From contig DASXFE010000128.1 in NCBI GenBank assembly GCA_036489765.1, forward strand, positions 21,900 through 85,899: a stretch of DNA of 64,000 bases. The letters run 5' to 3'. Below are positions 45,128 to 53,755 of the stretch, piece after piece (the stretch's first letter is position 1; each line of letters begins with the position of its first letter). The translations under genes and the position numbers were made by a program. Source of the stretch: Stellaceae bacterium (GTDB taxonomy: Bacteria > Pseudomonadota > Alphaproteobacteria > ATCC43930 > CGMCC-115725). The notes below the pieces were generated by a model. The model did not search any database and had not been told where the DNA came from. It saw only the letters and a list, made by a program, of their open reading frames with translations.

Positions 45128-46741
45128 TTAAGCCGCCAGCCGCTCCCGCGAGGTCCCCCGGATCAGCGCGGCGCCCTTTTCGGCGATCATGATGGTCGGG
45201 GCGTTGGTGTTGGTCGAGGTGACGGCCGGCATCACCGAGGCATCGATCACGCGGATGTTTTCGAGCCCGTGGATGCGCAAGTGATCGTCGACGACGGCCA
45301 GCGCGTGATCGCCCATCAGGCACGTGCAGCTCGCGTGGTAACAGGTGCCGCCAAAGCTCCGCGCGTAGTCGAGCAGCTCGTCGTCGCTCTGCACATCCTT
45401 GCCGGGATAGGTCTCGACGCCGGTGTATTTCTTCAGCGCCGGGGCATCGAAGAGGCGGCGGGCGAATCGCAGCCCGCCGAGAACGGCGCGGCGGTCGGTC
45501 TCGTCCGACATATAGCGCGGGTTGATCGCCGGCATGTCGCGGGGGTCCGACGACTTGGCCTCGACATACCCGCGCGACAGCGGCCGCATCTGCCAGGCGC
45601 CGCCGCTGAGCCCCGGCTCATCTTCGAGCTCGCCGATCATCCCGCCCTTGAAGCTGCCGGGGGCGAAGGTGATCTGCATGTCCGGGGTCGCCGATTCCTC
45701 GAGCACCTTGACCGAGGCGGCGACGAGCGACGGGCTGTAGCTCAGCATCCCCCGCCCGGTGAAGAGCCAGCGGATGACCTCGCCGGCGAGCGGCAGTCCG
45801 CGCGACTTCTCGTTCGCAGTCTGCGCGCCGACGATCGTGTACGACACGCGGGCCTGGAAATGGTCCTGCATGTTCTTGCCGACGCCCTTGAGCGCATGCA
45901 CGACCGGCACGCCGATCTTGCTCAGATGCTCCGGGTCTCCAACCCCTGATAGCTGCAAAATATGCGGAGAGCCGATGGCTCCGGCCGACAGGATCACCTC
46001 GCGCGCCGCATCGGCCCGCTCGACCGCCCCTCCCCGCGAGAACTCGACCGCAACCGCGCGTTTGCCGTCAAACACCACGCGGTGGACGAGCGCCTTGGTG
46101 ACGAGCTGCAGGTTCGGCCGCTTCAACGCCGGGCGCAGATAGGTGCGGGCGGCGCTGGCGCGGCGGCGGCCGCCGCGGGTCTGCTGGCACCAGCCGATGC
46201 AGGCGGCGGCACCGGGGTCGATCGTGTTGACGTCCTCGCGGTATTCGAGCCCGAGTTCGCGCCCGGCCTCGACGACGCTGGCGCAGATCGGGGTCTTATC
46301 CATGCGCGAGGTGAAGAGCGGCCCTTCCTTGCCGCGCACCTGGGTCTCGTCGCCCTCCCAGCGCTCGGCGGCGCGGAAATACGGCAGGCAGTCGTCCCAT
46401 GCCCAACCGCGATTGCCGAGCTGCGCCCAGTGGTCGTAATCCTCGGGTTGGCCGCGGATATAGATGAGCCCGTTGATCGACGACGATCCGCCGACCACCC
46501 GCCCGCGCGTATAGACGATCGAGCGGCCGTTGAGGCCCGGATCGGGTTCGGAGCGGAATTTCCAGGTCAGCGTGTCGTGGTCGAGCATCTTGAAGAACCC
46601 GGCCGGCACATGGATCAGCGGGTTCCAGTCCTTGCCGCCCGCCTCGATCAGCAAGACCTTGACGTTCGGATCCTCGGTCAGCCGGTTGGCCAGCACGCAC
46701 CCTGCCGACCCCGCCCCGACGATCACATAATCCGCCTGCAT
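45128..46741 (-). CDS. GMC-family FAD oxidoreductase (choline dehydrogenase-like), paralogue of 6138-7754
   Basis: ATG 46741 gives [22 protein letters not shown]. Also [14 protein letters not shown]. The listed 783-aa ORF extends spuriously upstream through the MFS gene. Confidence 0.9.
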   Translation of the reverse strand: MQADYVIVGAGSAGCVLANRLTEDPNVKVLLIEAGGKDWNPLIHVPAGFFKMLDHDTLTWKFRSEPDPGLNGRSIVYTRGRVVGGSSSINGLIYIRGQPEDYDHWAQLGNRGWAWDDCLPYFRAAERWEGDETQVRGKEGPLFTSRMDKTPICASVVEAGRELGLEYREDVNTIDPGAAACIGWCQQTRGGRRRASAARTYLRPALKRPNLQLVTKALVHRVVFDGKRAVAVEFSRGGAVERADAAREVILSAGAIGSPHILQLSGVGDPEHLSKIGVPVVHALKGVGKNMQDHFQARVSYTIVGAQTANEKSRGLPLAGEVIRWLFTGRGMLSYSPSLVAASVKVLEESATPDMQITFAPGSFKGGMIGELEDEPGLSGGAWQMRPLSRGYVEAKSSDPRDMPAINPRYMSDETDRRAVLGGLRFARRLFDAPALKKYTGVETYPGKDVQSDDELLDYARSFGGTCYHASCTCLMGDHALAVVDDHLRIHGLENIRVIDASVMPAVTSTNTNAPTIMIAEKGAALIRGTSRERLAA

Positions 46742-46821
46742 GTTCGCGCTCCCCCCGAGAATGCTCGTTCGTTGACGGCAGTCTAACGTATCCCGAGGGG
46801 AGGGAAAGCCGGCGCTTGCGG

Positions 46822-48264
46822 TCACTCCCCCGCGGGCGATCCGGTCACGCGGGGAACGGCCCGCGAGCCAACGTGGCCCGGCACCGGGTCGTCGTCGCGC
46901 ATCGACAGCGGTGTCCGCACCCGGTCGACCGGGACGAGCGTAAAACACAATCCGACGACGATCCCACACCCGGTCAGGACGAGAAACGCCGGCAGGATCG
47001 CGTCGGTCGTCGCCTTTGGCGTCACCAGATTGTCGCTGCCGGCGATAAAAGCCAGAACCAGCGGCCCCATGATCTTGCCGATGCCGTTGCAGGCCTGCAC
47101 GAGACCGGTCCCGCGGCCCAGCAGTTCTACCGGCCAGACTTCGGCCGAATACGGCGCGATGTTCGACAGATTGCCGTCGAAGATGAACATCGCAGCGCCC
47201 AGAAGCAGCAGAAAGACCGGCATCGAACCGATAAAGGCTCCGTTGAACACGCCGGCCCCGAGCAGGCAAAGCGCCCCGATATAGGCGCCGAGCTCGCCGG
47301 CACGGCGGCGGCCGGTCCATAGCGGCAGGAAGGTGAAGAAGATCCGCCCGGCGATCGCCGCAAGGCTCACATAGACAAAGTACTCCGCGGCCGCCTTGAC
47401 CGGGATGTTGAGGCGCAGCGACAGGATCGTCGGCCCCCACAGGATCACGCAGTAGCCGACCGTGGTCAAAGCCACCCACATGATCGAGATCTGCCAGAAC
47501 CGGACCTTGTTGCGATAGAGCTCGCGAAACGGCGCACCCGGCTTTTGCGGCGGCAGCGACGTCGGCAGCACGATCTGGTCCTCCGGCCGGTGCAGAAGCC
47601 GGGCGACGATCCGGCGCGCCTCGCGAAACCGGCCATGCACCAAAAGCCAGCGCACCGATTCCGGCACGATCACGGCGATCGCCAAACCGGCCACGATCGG
47701 CGTCGCGCCCAGCGCGGCGATGCCCCGCCAGCCGAAATGATCGAGAAGGGTCGCCGCCGACAGCGCCGCCAAAAGGACGCCGAGCGACACCGGCACCACC
47801 ATCCCCCCGGTCACGATCGGCCGATGCCGGGTCGGCGTGATCTCGACCAGCAACGGAATTTGCGCGGTGATCGCGCCGGCCATGCCGACGCCGACAAAAA
47901 ACCGCAGCAGCGAAAACATCATCCAGGCGCCGTCAGGCAACAGCGCGACGCCGCCGGCCGCCAGCGGGTAAAGGCAGGTGCCGGCGACCAGCAGCTTTTT
48001 GCGCCCGAAGATGTCGACGAGCCGCCCCCAGGTCAGCGAGCCGACGATCGCGCCGACCCCGGCGCTCAACAGCATGATCGACGTCTCTCCATAGGTCAGG
48101 TGCCATGAGGGCGCGACAACGGCGACCAGGAAGCTGACCAGGAAGTAATCGAAGAACTCGAACGCGGCCTGCCCATACACCAGGACGAGCGTCGCCCAGA
48201 ACCGTCCGCTGAGCGGCGCATCGTCATAAAGCGCCAACAGCTCGCCATCCGCCCCTGCACTCAT
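46822..48264 (-). CDS. MFS transporter
   Basis: ATG 48264. About 12 predicted TM helices and the MFS loop motif GRLVDIFGRKKLL between TM2 and TM3. Confidence 0.85.
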   Translation of the reverse strand: MSAGADGELLALYDDAPLSGRFWATLVLVYGQAAFEFFDYFLVSFLVAVVAPSWHLTYGETSIMLLSAGVGAIVGSLTWGRLVDIFGRKKLLVAGTCLYPLAAGGVALLPDGAWMMFSLLRFFVGVGMAGAITAQIPLLVEITPTRHRPIVTGGMVVPVSLGVLLAALSAATLLDHFGWRGIAALGATPIVAGLAIAVIVPESVRWLLVHGRFREARRIVARLLHRPEDQIVLPTSLPPQKPGAPFRELYRNKVRFWQISIMWVALTTVGYCVILWGPTILSLRLNIPVKAAAEYFVYVSLAAIAGRIFFTFLPLWTGRRRAGELGAYIGALCLLGAGVFNGAFIGSMPVFLLLLGAAMFIFDGNLSNIAPYSAEVWPVELLGRGTGLVQACNGIGKIMGPLVLAFIAGSDNLVTPKATTDAILPAFLVLTGCGIVVGLCFTLVPVDRVRTPLSMRDDDPVPGHVGSRAVPRVTGSPAGE

Positions 48265-48460
48265 GCTTCCTCCCCCCACACGATTTCCGTCGTGCCGAGC
48301 CCATAGTGAGCCCGGTCCGTCACGGGGCACGGCGGCCGATTTTTCATCCCAGGGTCACGGCGGGCACATGGAACGGGGCTGGCAGTCGCCGGCCTCAATC
48401 GGCACCGGCGGCCGTCCGCTATCGCCCTGCCGGCCGAAATGCGACCGGCCGGTTCGGCCC

Positions 48461-48507
48461 TTGACTCCGACCTTATTTCGATATATCTAATGAACGTTAT
48501 ATCTAAA
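48461..48507 (+). promoter_or_regulatory. AT-rich promoter-like region with a 9-bp direct repeat upstream of the DODA-PadR pair
   Basis: TTGACT (48461-48466). TATATCTAA is repeated at 48482-48490 and 48499-48507 (17-bp phase), with an AACGTT centre between the copies. Confidence 0.4.
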
Positions 48508-48528
48508 CTCTATCGAAGAAAGACCCAG

Positions 48529-48903
48529 ATGAACGACCAATCTCCCCACATCCGCGGCTACCACGCGCATGTCTATTACGACGCTGGCAGCCGGACGGCT
48601 GCCGAGACGCTGGCGAAAGCCCTCGGCGAGAAGTTCGCCGTCGGGCCCGGCGGCTTTTTCGACGAGCCGGTCGGGCCGCACCCCGTCGCCAATGTGCAGA
48701 TCATCTTCCCGCCGGCCGAGTTCGCCTCGGTCGTGCCGTGGCTGATGCAAAACCGAAGCGGGCTCAACGTGCTGATCCATCCGCTCAGCGACGATCCGGT
48801 CCGCGACCATGACGCCGACGGCGCCTGGCTCGGCACGCCGGTGCCGCTCAAGCTCCACGCGCTGCGCCGGGATTACCGCCCCGAGCTCCTGCCGTCGGAC
48901 TGA
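48529..48903 (+). CDS. DOPA 4,5-dioxygenase-family (DODA-like) protein
   Basis: ATG 48529. YHAHVYYD...GPHPVANVQI...LNVLIHPL are typical of the small bacterial DODA family. Confidence 0.78.
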   Translation: MNDQSPHIRGYHAHVYYDAGSRTAAETLAKALGEKFAVGPGGFFDEPVGPHPVANVQIIFPPAEFASVVPWLMQNRSGLNVLIHPLSDDPVRDHDADGAWLGTPVPLKLHALRRDYRPELLPSD

Positions 48904-48921
48904 ACTGAGGAACACACCTAT

Positions 48922-49485
48922 ATGTTTGGACACAGACACGGCGACCGCCACGCCCGCGGCGGCATGTTCGGCGGACACGGGCGCTTTGGCGGCCGTCACC
49001 ACGGCAGCGGCCGCGGCGGCCGGCTCGGCCGGTTTTTCGACCACGGCGATTTGCGCTATGTGCTGCTCGGCCTCATCGCCGACGGGCCGCGCCACGGCTA
49101 CGAACTGATGAAGGCGATCGAGGAGAAATTCGGCGGCCTTTACAGCCCCAGCCCCGGCGTCATCTACCCGACGCTGACCCTCCTCGAAGAGCTCGGATAT
49201 ATCCGGCCTGAGAGTGCGGAGGGGCCGCGCAAGCAATTCGTCATCACGCCGGAGGGCGCGGCGTTCCTCGCAGACAACAAGGCGGTGGTCGACCAGATCT
49301 TCGCTCGCATGGCCGAAGCCACCGAGGCCTTTGCCGGCGGCCCGGCCCCCGAAATCCGCCGCGCGATGCACAACCTCGAGGCCGCGCTGGCGATCCGCCT
49401 CGGCCGCGGCCCGCTGAGCCCGGATCAGGTGCGCGCCGTCACCGCGATCGTCGACCGCGCCGCGAGCGAGATCGAGCAGAGCTGA
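48922..49485 (+). CDS. PadR-family transcriptional regulator with Gly/His/Arg-rich N-terminal tail
   Basis: Winged HTH LRYVLLGLIADGPRHGYELMKAIEEKFGGLYSPSPGVIYPTLTLLEELGYI. Confidence 0.85.
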   Translation: MFGHRHGDRHARGGMFGGHGRFGGRHHGSGRGGRLGRFFDHGDLRYVLLGLIADGPRHGYELMKAIEEKFGGLYSPSPGVIYPTLTLLEELGYIRPESAEGPRKQFVITPEGAAFLADNKAVVDQIFARMAEATEAFAGGPAPEIRRAMHNLEAALAIRLGRGPLSPDQVRAVTAIVDRAASEIEQS

Positions 49486-49661
49486 TCCCTCCCCGCCCCG
49501 CGGTCACGCCGCCGTGATCGATCGCGCCCACCTGAAGGTGGTGACCGCCTACCCGCGCTCGGCATGGCTGCACCCCCTCACAGACTCTCGACTTTTGCGG
49601 CAGGCGTGCGAATATAGGTGGGGAAATTTCATCGGCCTCGAATTGAGGGAGTGCCTAGAAC

Positions 49662-50594
49662 ATGATGTCGAAAGAAACGACCTTTGAAGCCGGCACGCTG
49701 ACCTTCGCGGTTCGGCATGAGCTGTGGGACGAGAACATCCAGGATCATGCCGACCAGGGCGTCGTCATCGCCGTCAAGGCGTCGGTCGCCGGCAAGGACA
49801 CCACCCTGCTGCGGTTCAACTGCTTTGACGTTGAAAAGAGCTACGACTACGGCCCCGAGAACAAGGAACTGGCGGTCGCCGGTCCCGAGATGCTCGGCGA
49901 CGTCGCGTTGACCAACCACTACATCATGGACCCGATCGCCTGCGGCAATCCGATCGGCTGGTCGATCAAGATCCTCGGGTCGAAGCTCACCAACATGCTC
50001 GACCGCGCCGGCTATCCTGCAATCGGCAAGACCGTGCAGATGGATGCGGTCCGCCAGGTCCTGCCCGAGGTCGAGGCTTGCGCCCGCACGGTCTATGCGA
50101 CCAAGCGCAACACCGTGAAGCACAACCGCGGCACCGACATCTTCGAATGCGGCAACTTCCGCTTCGGGCTTGAGATGCGGCGGCTGCCGATGGGCGACGG
50201 CGGGCTCGCGATCCACGTTCTCGCCGATATCGGCGGGACGCCGGGCAAGGCCTATACCGAAGAGACCGAGATGCTCGCGTTCGACCATTTCTGGAACGGC
50301 GCGCATTACCACTACGGTCCGCGCAACAAGAACCATCGGATCTACTGGGACCGCACCCTCGTCGAAGATCCGCTCGAGTGGACCCTCGCGCAGTTCGAGG
50401 CCGGCAAGCTCCCGGCGATGATCACCCGCGCGGGCTATCCCGGCGTCGCGGCCGATTACGACGCTGGCAAGTTCGCCGAGGTGTTCCCGAAGATGAAGGC
50501 GCGGGCGCTGGAAATGTGGAAGCTCGGCGAAAAGCTGACCGGCCACCCCGGCCTGCCCGTGGAAGCGACCCCGAACCTCGCCGCCGCCGAGTAG
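49662..50594 (+). CDS. Hypothetical protein made of two tandem homologous halves
   Basis: Native-like GC3. Half 1 (GVVIAVKA...LLRFNCFDVEKSYDYGPENK...RAGYPAIGKTVQMDAVRQVLPEVEA) aligns by eye with half 2 (GLAIHVLA...MLAFDHFWNGAHYHYGPRNK...RAGYPGVAADYDAGKFAEVFPKMKA). Confidence 0.7.
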   Translation: MMSKETTFEAGTLTFAVRHELWDENIQDHADQGVVIAVKASVAGKDTTLLRFNCFDVEKSYDYGPENKELAVAGPEMLGDVALTNHYIMDPIACGNPIGWSIKILGSKLTNMLDRAGYPAIGKTVQMDAVRQVLPEVEACARTVYATKRNTVKHNRGTDIFECGNFRFGLEMRRLPMGDGGLAIHVLADIGGTPGKAYTEETEMLAFDHFWNGAHYHYGPRNKNHRIYWDRTLVEDPLEWTLAQFEAGKLPAMITRAGYPGVAADYDAGKFAEVFPKMKARALEMWKLGEKLTGHPGLPVEATPNLAAAE

Positions 50595-50595
50595 T

Positions 50596-51477
50596 TTGGT
50601 TCACCAACGCCGCGCGACCAAGGCGATCGCGCGGCGCACCCTTCTGGCCGTGGCCCCGGTGTTCCTCACCGGGGCCACGCGCGCGTTTGCAGCCGCCCCG
50701 TCGCTCCGTGACTACGAGCGCGCAATCGGCGGCCGCATCGGCCTCTTCGCCGAAAACCAGGCCACCGGCGCCCGCATCGCCTGGCGCGCCGACGAACGCT
50801 TTCATATGTGCAGCACGTTCAAGGTGTCGCTCGCCGCCGCGATCCTGGTGCGCGTCGATCGCGGGCAAGACCGGCTCGACGCCGCCGTCCGCTTTAACCC
50901 GAACGACATCCCTCTCCACCTCTACGCCCCGGTCGCCAAGGCCAATCTCGCGAAGGGCGCGCTGTCGGTCGGCGAGCTGTGCCAGGGCGCCGTCGAGCTC
51001 AGCGACAACGTCTGCGCCAACCTGCTCCTCGCCCGCATCGGCGGCCCGCCCGCGCTGACCGCCTTCTGGCGCGCGACCGGCGATGCGGTGTCGCGCGAGG
51101 ACAACTACGAACCCGTCTCGACCCTATCCCGCTCGGACGAAGACACGACCACCCCGGCCGCAACGGCCGGCACTCTCCGCCGCCTCATCCTCGGTGACGT
51201 CCTCTCGCCCGCCTCGCGCGAGCGCCTCACCGGCTGGATGCGCAACTGCAAGACCGGCCTGGACCTCCTGCGCGCCGGGCTGCCCCAGGGCTGGATCGTC
51301 GCCGACAAGACCGGCAACGGCGGCAAAGCCATGCTCAACGATATCGCCGTCGCCTGGCCCGGCGCGGGGCAACCCTTGGTGATCTGCGGCTACATCGACG
51401 CCGCCCCCGACGCCGCAAATCGCGTCCGCAAGCTGATGGCGGATATCGGCGCACTGGTCGGGCGCGAGATCGCCTAG
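50596..51477 (+). CDS. Class A beta-lactamase-like serine hydrolase
   Basis: STFK (SxxK), SDN and KTG motifs. The leader is Tat/Sec-like (RRTLLAVAPVFLTGATRAFA). The omega-loop looks divergent. The listed start is TTG 50596. Confidence 0.85.
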   Translation: MVHQRRATKAIARRTLLAVAPVFLTGATRAFAAAPSLRDYERAIGGRIGLFAENQATGARIAWRADERFHMCSTFKVSLAAAILVRVDRGQDRLDAAVRFNPNDIPLHLYAPVAKANLAKGALSVGELCQGAVELSDNVCANLLLARIGGPPALTAFWRATGDAVSREDNYEPVSTLSRSDEDTTTPAATAGTLRRLILGDVLSPASRERLTGWMRNCKTGLDLLRAGLPQGWIVADKTGNGGKAMLNDIAVAWPGAGQPLVICGYIDAAPDAANRVRKLMADIGALVGREIA

Positions 51478-51620
51478 ACGCGCGCGTCGCGCCCCGTCCG
51501 CAAGCGTCGGCCGGATCCACCCTCTCCCACAATGGTCTCGCCCACAATCCACCGCCAGATGCAGGCCCCACGCTGCCCGATCTCGATTGCGTCGTTCTGG
51601 TATACCAGATACCATATGCC

Positions 51621-52343
51621 ATGCCCGATGTGATGCTCGACGTGCCTCGGCTCGATACCAGCGTGACCTTCCGCAAGGAGGCGTATGCCGCGCTGAAGCG
51701 GGCGATCACGGCGATGGACATCTACGATCATGCCGACGAGATCCGGCTCGACGAGCGGCGGCTGTCGGAGGGGCTCGGGGTCAGCCGCACGCCGATCCGC
51801 GAGGCGATGACCCTCCTCGAACAAGAGGGGTTCGTCCGCACCCGTCCGCGCCGCGGCATCTTTGTCGTGCGCAAGACAAAGCGCGAGATCCTCGAGATGA
51901 TCACGGTGATGGCCGCGCTCGAGGGGATGGCGGCTCAACTCGCCGCGGGACACGCGACCAATGCCGAGATCGCCGAATTGCGCCGCCTGATGGATGCCTT
52001 CCGCTCGGGAAATAACGGCGAGCGCATCGACGAATATTCCGATGCGAACATCGCGTTTCACCAGGCGGTGATTCGGATGAGCGGATGCGCGCTCCTCGCC
52101 GAGATGACCGAAAACCTGTTCATCCATGTGCGGGCGATCCGCAAGATCACGATCCACCAGGAGAATCGGGCGGCGCGCTCGATCCTGGACCACATGGACA
52201 TCATCGAGGCGCTCGAACGCCGCGACCCCGAGCTCGCCGAGCGCCGCGCGCGCGAGCACACGCTGGGCCTCGCGGCGCATGTCGAGCAGCACGGCGATTT
52301 CTTGGATACGGCCCGCGACGAATCGGCGGGATTAGGGAGGTAA
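51621..52343 (+). CDS. GntR-family (FadR/FCD subfamily) transcriptional regulator
   Basis: w[33 protein letters not shown] followed by an all-helical FCD-like domain. It is directly upstream of frc. Confidence 0.85.
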   Translation: MPDVMLDVPRLDTSVTFRKEAYAALKRAITAMDIYDHADEIRLDERRLSEGLGVSRTPIREAMTLLEQEGFVRTRPRRGIFVVRKTKREILEMITVMAALEGMAAQLAAGHATNAEIAELRRLMDAFRSGNNGERIDEYSDANIAFHQAVIRMSGCALLAEMTENLFIHVRAIRKITIHQENRAARSILDHMDIIEALERRDPELAERRAREHTLGLAAHVEQHGDFLDTARDESAGLGR

Positions 52344-52345
52344 CG

Positions 52346-53575
52346 ATGAGCAAAGCGCTGGAAGGTGTGCGCGTCCTCGATATGACGCATGTCCAGGCGG
52401 GGCCAACCGGCACGCAGATCCTGGCGTGGATGGGCGCCGACGTGATCAAGGTCGAGCTTCCCGGCCGCGGCGACATCACCCGCGGCCAGCTTCAGGACGT
52501 GAAGGGCGCCGACAGCCTCTATTTCACGATGCTGAACTCGAACAAGCGCAGCATCACGATCAACATGAAGACGCCGAAGGGCAAGGCGGCGATCGAGCGC
52601 CTCATCAAGGAATGCGACGTGCTCGCCGAGAATTTCGGCCCGGGCGTGCTCGATCGTGCCGGGCTCACCTGGGAGCACATCCACAAGCTCAACCCACGCA
52701 TGATCTACGCCTCGATCAAGGGGTTCGGCCCCGGCCCGTTCGTCGATTGCAAGGCCTATGAGAATGTCGCGCAATGCATGGGCGGCGCGGCCAGCACGAC
52801 CGGCTGGGACGACGGCCCGCCGACCGTGACCGGCGCCCAGATCGGCGATAGCGGCACCGGCCTCCACATGGTCATCGGCATCCTCGGTGCGCTCCATCAC
52901 CGCACGCATAGCGGCAAGGGCCAGCGGGTCGAGGTCGCGATGGCGGATTCGGTGCTGAACCTCTGCCGGGTCAAGATGCGCGACCAGCAGCGCCTGTCAC
53001 GCGGGCCGCTGCCCGAATATCCCAACAAGGAATTCGGCGAGGCCGTGCCGCGCGCCGGCAACGCCTCGGGCGGAGGCCAGCCGGGCGCCGCGCTGCGCAC
53101 CGCGCCGGGCGGCCCCAACGACTACGTCTATGTGATCATCCAGCCGACCTGCTGGGCGCCGCTGATGAAGTTCTGCGGCCGCGAGGAATTGATCGACGAT
53201 CCGGCCTGGGCGACCCCGGCGGCGCGCCTGTCGAAGATCCCGGAATGCTTCGCGATCATCGAGGAGTGGACGAAGACCAAGACCAAATGGGAGGTCATGG
53301 AGGCGCTCAACGATGTCGATGTGCCGTGCGGCCCGATCCTGTCGATGAAGGACATCTACGAGGACCAGGCGCTTTACGACCGCGAGATGCTGGTGCGGCT
53401 CGACCATCCGACGCGCGGCCCGTACGTACAGGTCGGGATGCCGATCAACCTGCACGATTCGCCCCCCGAACATAAGCGTGCGCCGCTCCTCGGCGAGCAC
53501 ACCGACGAGGTCCTCGGCTGGCTCGGCTACGACGCCGGCGAAATCAAGGCCATGCACGAAGACGGGTCGGTGTAA
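52346..53575 (+). CDS. frc: Formyl-CoA:oxalate CoA-transferase (class III CoA-transferase)
   Basis: Strong [42 protein letters not shown]...[17 protein letters not shown] matches Frc closely. Confidence 0.92.
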   Translation: MSKALEGVRVLDMTHVQAGPTGTQILAWMGADVIKVELPGRGDITRGQLQDVKGADSLYFTMLNSNKRSITINMKTPKGKAAIERLIKECDVLAENFGPGVLDRAGLTWEHIHKLNPRMIYASIKGFGPGPFVDCKAYENVAQCMGGAASTTGWDDGPPTVTGAQIGDSGTGLHMVIGILGALHHRTHSGKGQRVEVAMADSVLNLCRVKMRDQQRLSRGPLPEYPNKEFGEAVPRAGNASGGGQPGAALRTAPGGPNDYVYVIIQPTCWAPLMKFCGREELIDDPAWATPAARLSKIPECFAIIEEWTKTKTKWEVMEALNDVDVPCGPILSMKDIYEDQALYDREMLVRLDHPTRGPYVQVGMPINLHDSPPEHKRAPLLGEHTDEVLGWLGYDAGEIKAMHEDGSV

Positions 53576-53607
53576 GCTAGACGGGAAGCGGGCGTCCGCC
53601 TTCTTCT

Positions 53608-53731
53608 CCCTCTCCGCCCATTGGGGGGAGAGGGCCGGGATGAGGTGGGCACGCTCCGAGCCCTCCCACCTCACCCTCCCATCGCCAGTGGCGATGGGCC
53701 CTCCCTCCCTCTTCCCCATGGGCGGAGAGGG
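53608..53731. repeat. ~124-bp nested-palindrome MITE/REP-like element, copy C
   Basis: Arms CCCTCTCCGCCCATTGGGGGGAGAGGG (53608-53634) and CCCTCTTCCCCATGGGCGGAGAGGG (53707-53731). Internal hairpins GAGGTGGG/CCCACCTC (53642-53672) and CCCATCGCC-agt-GGCGATGGG (53678-53698). Confidence 0.7.
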
Positions 53732-53755
53732 GGTACTGGGGTAATAGGAGACATC

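Noticed and set aside
53621-53755. An N-terminal extension of the formate dehydrogenase beta ORF (MGGEGRDEVGTLRALPPHPPIASGDGPSLPLPHGRRGG...).
   Set aside because: The extension is simply the translated repeat element. A proper AGGAG-ATG start exists at 53756, where the NuoE-like domain begins.
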